A DNA stretch of 19,270 bases, taken from positions 1 to 19,270 of the forward strand of contig JBGSTX010000199.1 of NCBI GenBank assembly GCA_041736305.1. The letters are read 5' to 3'. Within the stretch, counting starts at the first letter, position 1, and each line of letters starts with the position of its first letter. This stretch comes from Oligoflexus sp. (GTDB taxonomy: Bacteria; Bdellovibrionota_B; Oligoflexia; Oligoflexales; Oligoflexaceae). The translations under genes and the position numbers were made by a program. The notes under the pieces are model-generated. The model was not told the origin of the DNA, did no database searches, and saw only the letters and a list, made by a program, of their open reading frames with translations. Shown here one piece after another: positions 17,901 through 19,270 of the stretch.

Positions 17901-19269
17901 GTACTTCGATACTTGCGCTAGCTTCATTGAAGGGGACAGGTTCGTCGATAAGAGTGGGAGCTGAGCTGTCTTGTAGGAGGACTTCCAGATCAGCGATCGT
18001 GCGAACCAGGTTGAGTTGCTCATTGCTCAGGGCACCGAATTCACTGAAGTGCTCCTGCACACTGGAGAATATTTCCACTTTCTTGATTGAATCGATGCCA
18101 AGATCGCTTTCGAGGTCCATTTCAGGGCGGAGCATTTCAGCTGGAAATCCCGTCTTTTCAGCGATAATTGCCAGCAACTCACGAGTCTTGGCTTTCGGCA
18201 GAATAACCGGTTCAACGGCTAAAGCCACTTGTCCGGCGGCCCAAGCCCCTACGCGAGGCTCATTGTGTTCGAGAGGGTCCCGATCGGGATTTTTTACCGT
18301 GTCGGCGGACAGAGAAGCTTGACAGAGGACAATGAGATCAGAGATGGATCGCATTTCGTTCATCGTATTGGGGTCCGACGTCAGAGCCGGGAAAATCTGC
18401 TGGAGCTGCGAATAGATTTCTACTTTTTTAATCGAATCGATACCGAGATCGGCTTCGAGCTGCATCGAGTCGTGCAGCATTTCTTCGGGATAACCCGTAA
18501 GGCGAGCGATTAGATCAAAGATTTGAGTTCGACTCGCTGGAGCTGTGGGCGCGCTTTTCGACGACTGGGCTAATTCAACTTTCGGCGCTGCTGGGGCAGG
18601 AGGCACACGAGGGGCAACGGCCAGAGGCAAGGGCGCAGATGATGAAGCACCGATGCGGGTAAGAGGTTTCGCTGAGGGAGTGCTTTCCGGCTTCGTTTGA
18701 GGATTTAGCCCCCGCGCAATGGGACGCTCTTGTCTTGCCTCAGGCTGCTCTTGCCGTGCGGGAGGAGTCCGCGGTGCAGCATCACTAGCCTCACGCCAGC
18801 TTGCATCTTGGAAGATGATCCCCTTGAGCATACCTTGAAACTGTCTCTGATTTTCGAGGAAGAGGGTATGCGCCTCAGTAGTACGGCGTTGTATATCCTG
18901 TAAATCGTCCAGGAGCTTATCCAAACGCGGCTTATCCCCGGAAAAGGGCTGAGACATGTCTACCTCATGAATGGGCTGAAGGTGGCCTTTGTTAGCAAAG
19001 CGCGATGCAGAAGCTTGAATATTCTCCTTAGCCGGCGCTGCGGCCGGCCTTGGGATTTTAGCTGCTTGAGACAGAGACTGCGATCCTGCGGACTGCGATC
19101 CGCTAAGCTGCGATCCTGCGGACTGCGATCCGCTAAGCTGCGATCCTGCGGACTGCGATCCGCTAAGCTGCGATCCGCTAAGCTGCGATCCGCTAAGCTG
19201 CGATCCGCTAAGCTGCGATCCGCTAAGCTGCGATCCGCTAAGCTGCGATCCGCTAAGCTGCGATCCGCT
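14986..19269 (-). CDS. pfaA: PfaA-like iterative synthase, 3' part: linker, helical segment, ACP x3, KR, PKS-type DH. Frame is open to the window edge, so KS-AT probably lies upstream; ATG 18957 may be an internal or alternative start
   Basis: Three LE(A/S)[15 protein letters not shown] motifs. KR motifs [16 protein letters not shown] and FSS...[11 protein letters not shown] motifs [15 protein letters not shown] and LDSVFQ. Manual translation of 19269-18958 has no stop: ([10 protein letters not shown])[43 protein letters not shown]. Confidence 0.88.
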   Translation of the reverse strand, partial: SGSQLSGSQLSGSQLSGSQLSGSQLSGSQLSGSQLSGSQSAGSQLSGSQSAGSQLSGSQSAGSQSLSQAAKIPRPAAAPAKENIQASASRFANKGHLQPIHEVDMSQPFSGDKPRLDKLLDDLQDIQRRTTEAHTLFLENQRQFQGMLKGIIFQDASWREASDAAPRTPPARQEQPEARQERPIARGLNPQTKPESTPSAKPLTRIGASSSAPLPLAVAPRVPPAPAAPKVELAQSSKSAPTAPASRTQIFDLIARLTGYPEEMLHDSMQLEADLGIDSIKKVEIYSQLQQIFPALTSDPNTMNEMRSISDLIVLCQASLSADTVKNPDRDPLEHNEPRVGAWAAGQVALAVEPVILPKAKTRELLAIIAEKTGFPAEMLRPEMDLESDLGIDSIKKVEIFSSVQEHFSEFGALSNEQLNLVRTIADLEVLLQDSSAPTLIDEPVPFNEASASIEVPVQADSLSLSTEEGTRFGAQAASTSSKVEDLIYRIVAEKTGYPLEVLNGSMELEADLGIDSIKKVEIYSALGEHITSVQGLAQEELAQVRTLDDLLAQLAGDSSRRHDEMLAEALLDPSLAGNWDLSGKKKESVPDLSSQEHLENPLPLLTQEDSQQPEIEPEPSLSEVSVASAVGAMKLGLASFQSRGPARTFSSSHEVWIADDGSNLARNMMLKLQERGVQSRLVSLAMHERWQIPDNLAGLYLLAPLKFDNHPLRWLGQAFKLLRKVGPTLIKNSGISFVVTVSRHGGRFGLDGLSHINQCYSSGVAALAKTIAHEWPGVHARALDLGKDFADGFEAALRVLEVSTVEGPIELGVLRDQIYRLQLEPEELKLEKQDFLAPGDLVLVTGGARGVTAAALVPLAEHYHPHFVIWGRTPLKDVEPADFAGINDPGALKRLLMEHNPNLSHPRDLEQAYRGLVQRREIRANISLLESKGASVSYHAVDVSRDNDLRQAFQELRAEWGLPRGIIHGAGVIHDRLLLDQKDEEVSAVLETKLRILDKFEEWLKQVREEDGSETAGRPLPWVALFSSSTARIGRKGQGSYAVANEVLNKFAWLLQQQGGRGLALNWGPWDGGMVQDSLKKVFEAEGIKPIPLEAGAQMLEDLLAQSNSSGEWLIASRESLPAIASLQNNYRLSASRTIDISLATTPILTDHVLKHRAVVPAALLLEWLAVAAHSEVPDWKLQTVENFQVWKGIVLDPAAHYEVECITLKREELAGDHRWFEMTLRGSGLEAGGRAHAYARLGFRPNLESPRVLEEALPEADPALADLKVYEGTLFHGEKLHLLDRILSCGEKGLWASLRWQGEPVDWALNGLDVHWLVDAPLLDSVFQAAIVWSTRELGLRSLPSRVGRIIFAGEPPRDEELFLSLELVKQETHSLKLKASILDQSRRKYWSIDEFEVVMDASLATPFAQNHLESGPKAEENSPG
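17509..17518 (-). other. A10 homopolymer (GGA AAA AAA AAA GAA), candidate transcriptional-slippage or frameshift site between ACP3 and KR
   Basis: T10 on the plus strand, the longest homopolymer I found in the window. Contains an in-frame A_AAA_AAA heptamer. The tract is observed directly; its function is inferred. Confidence 0.5.
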
Positions 19270-19270
19270 A
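19081..19270 (-). repeat. 15-bp coding tandem repeat (at least 12.7 units) running off the window end
   Basis: Plus-strand units A=CGATCCGCTAAGCTG (9 full plus 1 partial) and B=CGATCCTGCGGACTG (3), in the order B A B A B A A A A A A A. They encode QLSGS and QSAGS in the pfaA frame. Confidence 0.97.

Noticed and set aside
10953-18513. Many short overlapping or antisense ORFs within the pfa genes (e.g. 10953-11606, 16345-16836), and likewise 7149-7796 elsewhere
   Set aside because: They overlap well-supported genes, lack recognisable motifs, and are expected shadow ORFs at this GC content.
17600-18530. Three ACP copies as a recent DNA duplication or mobile repeat
   Set aside because: The copies are diverged at synonymous sites and in their linkers, and tandem ACPs are normal for PfaA.
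19024-19030. Strong SD-like TAAGGAG in the pfaA linker (minus strand)
   Set aside because: No ATG, GTG or TTG lies at a usable distance, and the sequence is explained by Ala-Lys-Glu codons.
19081-19270. CRISPR array or Dam (GATC) regulatory cluster
   Set aside because: The units are contiguous with no unique spacers and no cas genes are present. The GATC in each unit follows from the GGA TCG codons.

Overview
Bacterial chromosomal fragment of moderate GC, probably Bdellovibrionota/Oligoflexia-like. That taxonomy is a low-certainty inference from the DedA insert, orphan lipoproteins and FliA-type promoters. The left half holds the 3' end of a long-form urocanate hydratase, an unannotated 40-aa membrane peptide with a near-consensus sigma28 promoter, a cyclopropane-fatty-acid-synthase-like gene with degenerate signature motifs, MarC, several secreted or lipoprotein hypotheticals, a class I fumarase, a SAM methyltransferase and dedA. 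The right half (minus strand) is the 3' part of a pfa-type iterative PUFA/secondary-lipid synthase cluster. It contains a PfaA-like gene (helical linker, 3 ACP, KR, DH) whose frame is open to the window edge through a 15-bp tandem repeat. A PfaC-like gene (KS, degenerate CLF, 4 hot-dog DH/DH' units) follows directly, with no acyltransferase domain and no pfaB gene between them. The most notable signal is that the tri-ACP block of pfaA is bracketed by an internal SD+ATG and an A10 slippage tract, with both shifted frames stopping within 4-11 further codons. The gene may therefore encode a free-standing multi-ACP isoform by recoding. This is a hypothesis, not demonstrated.
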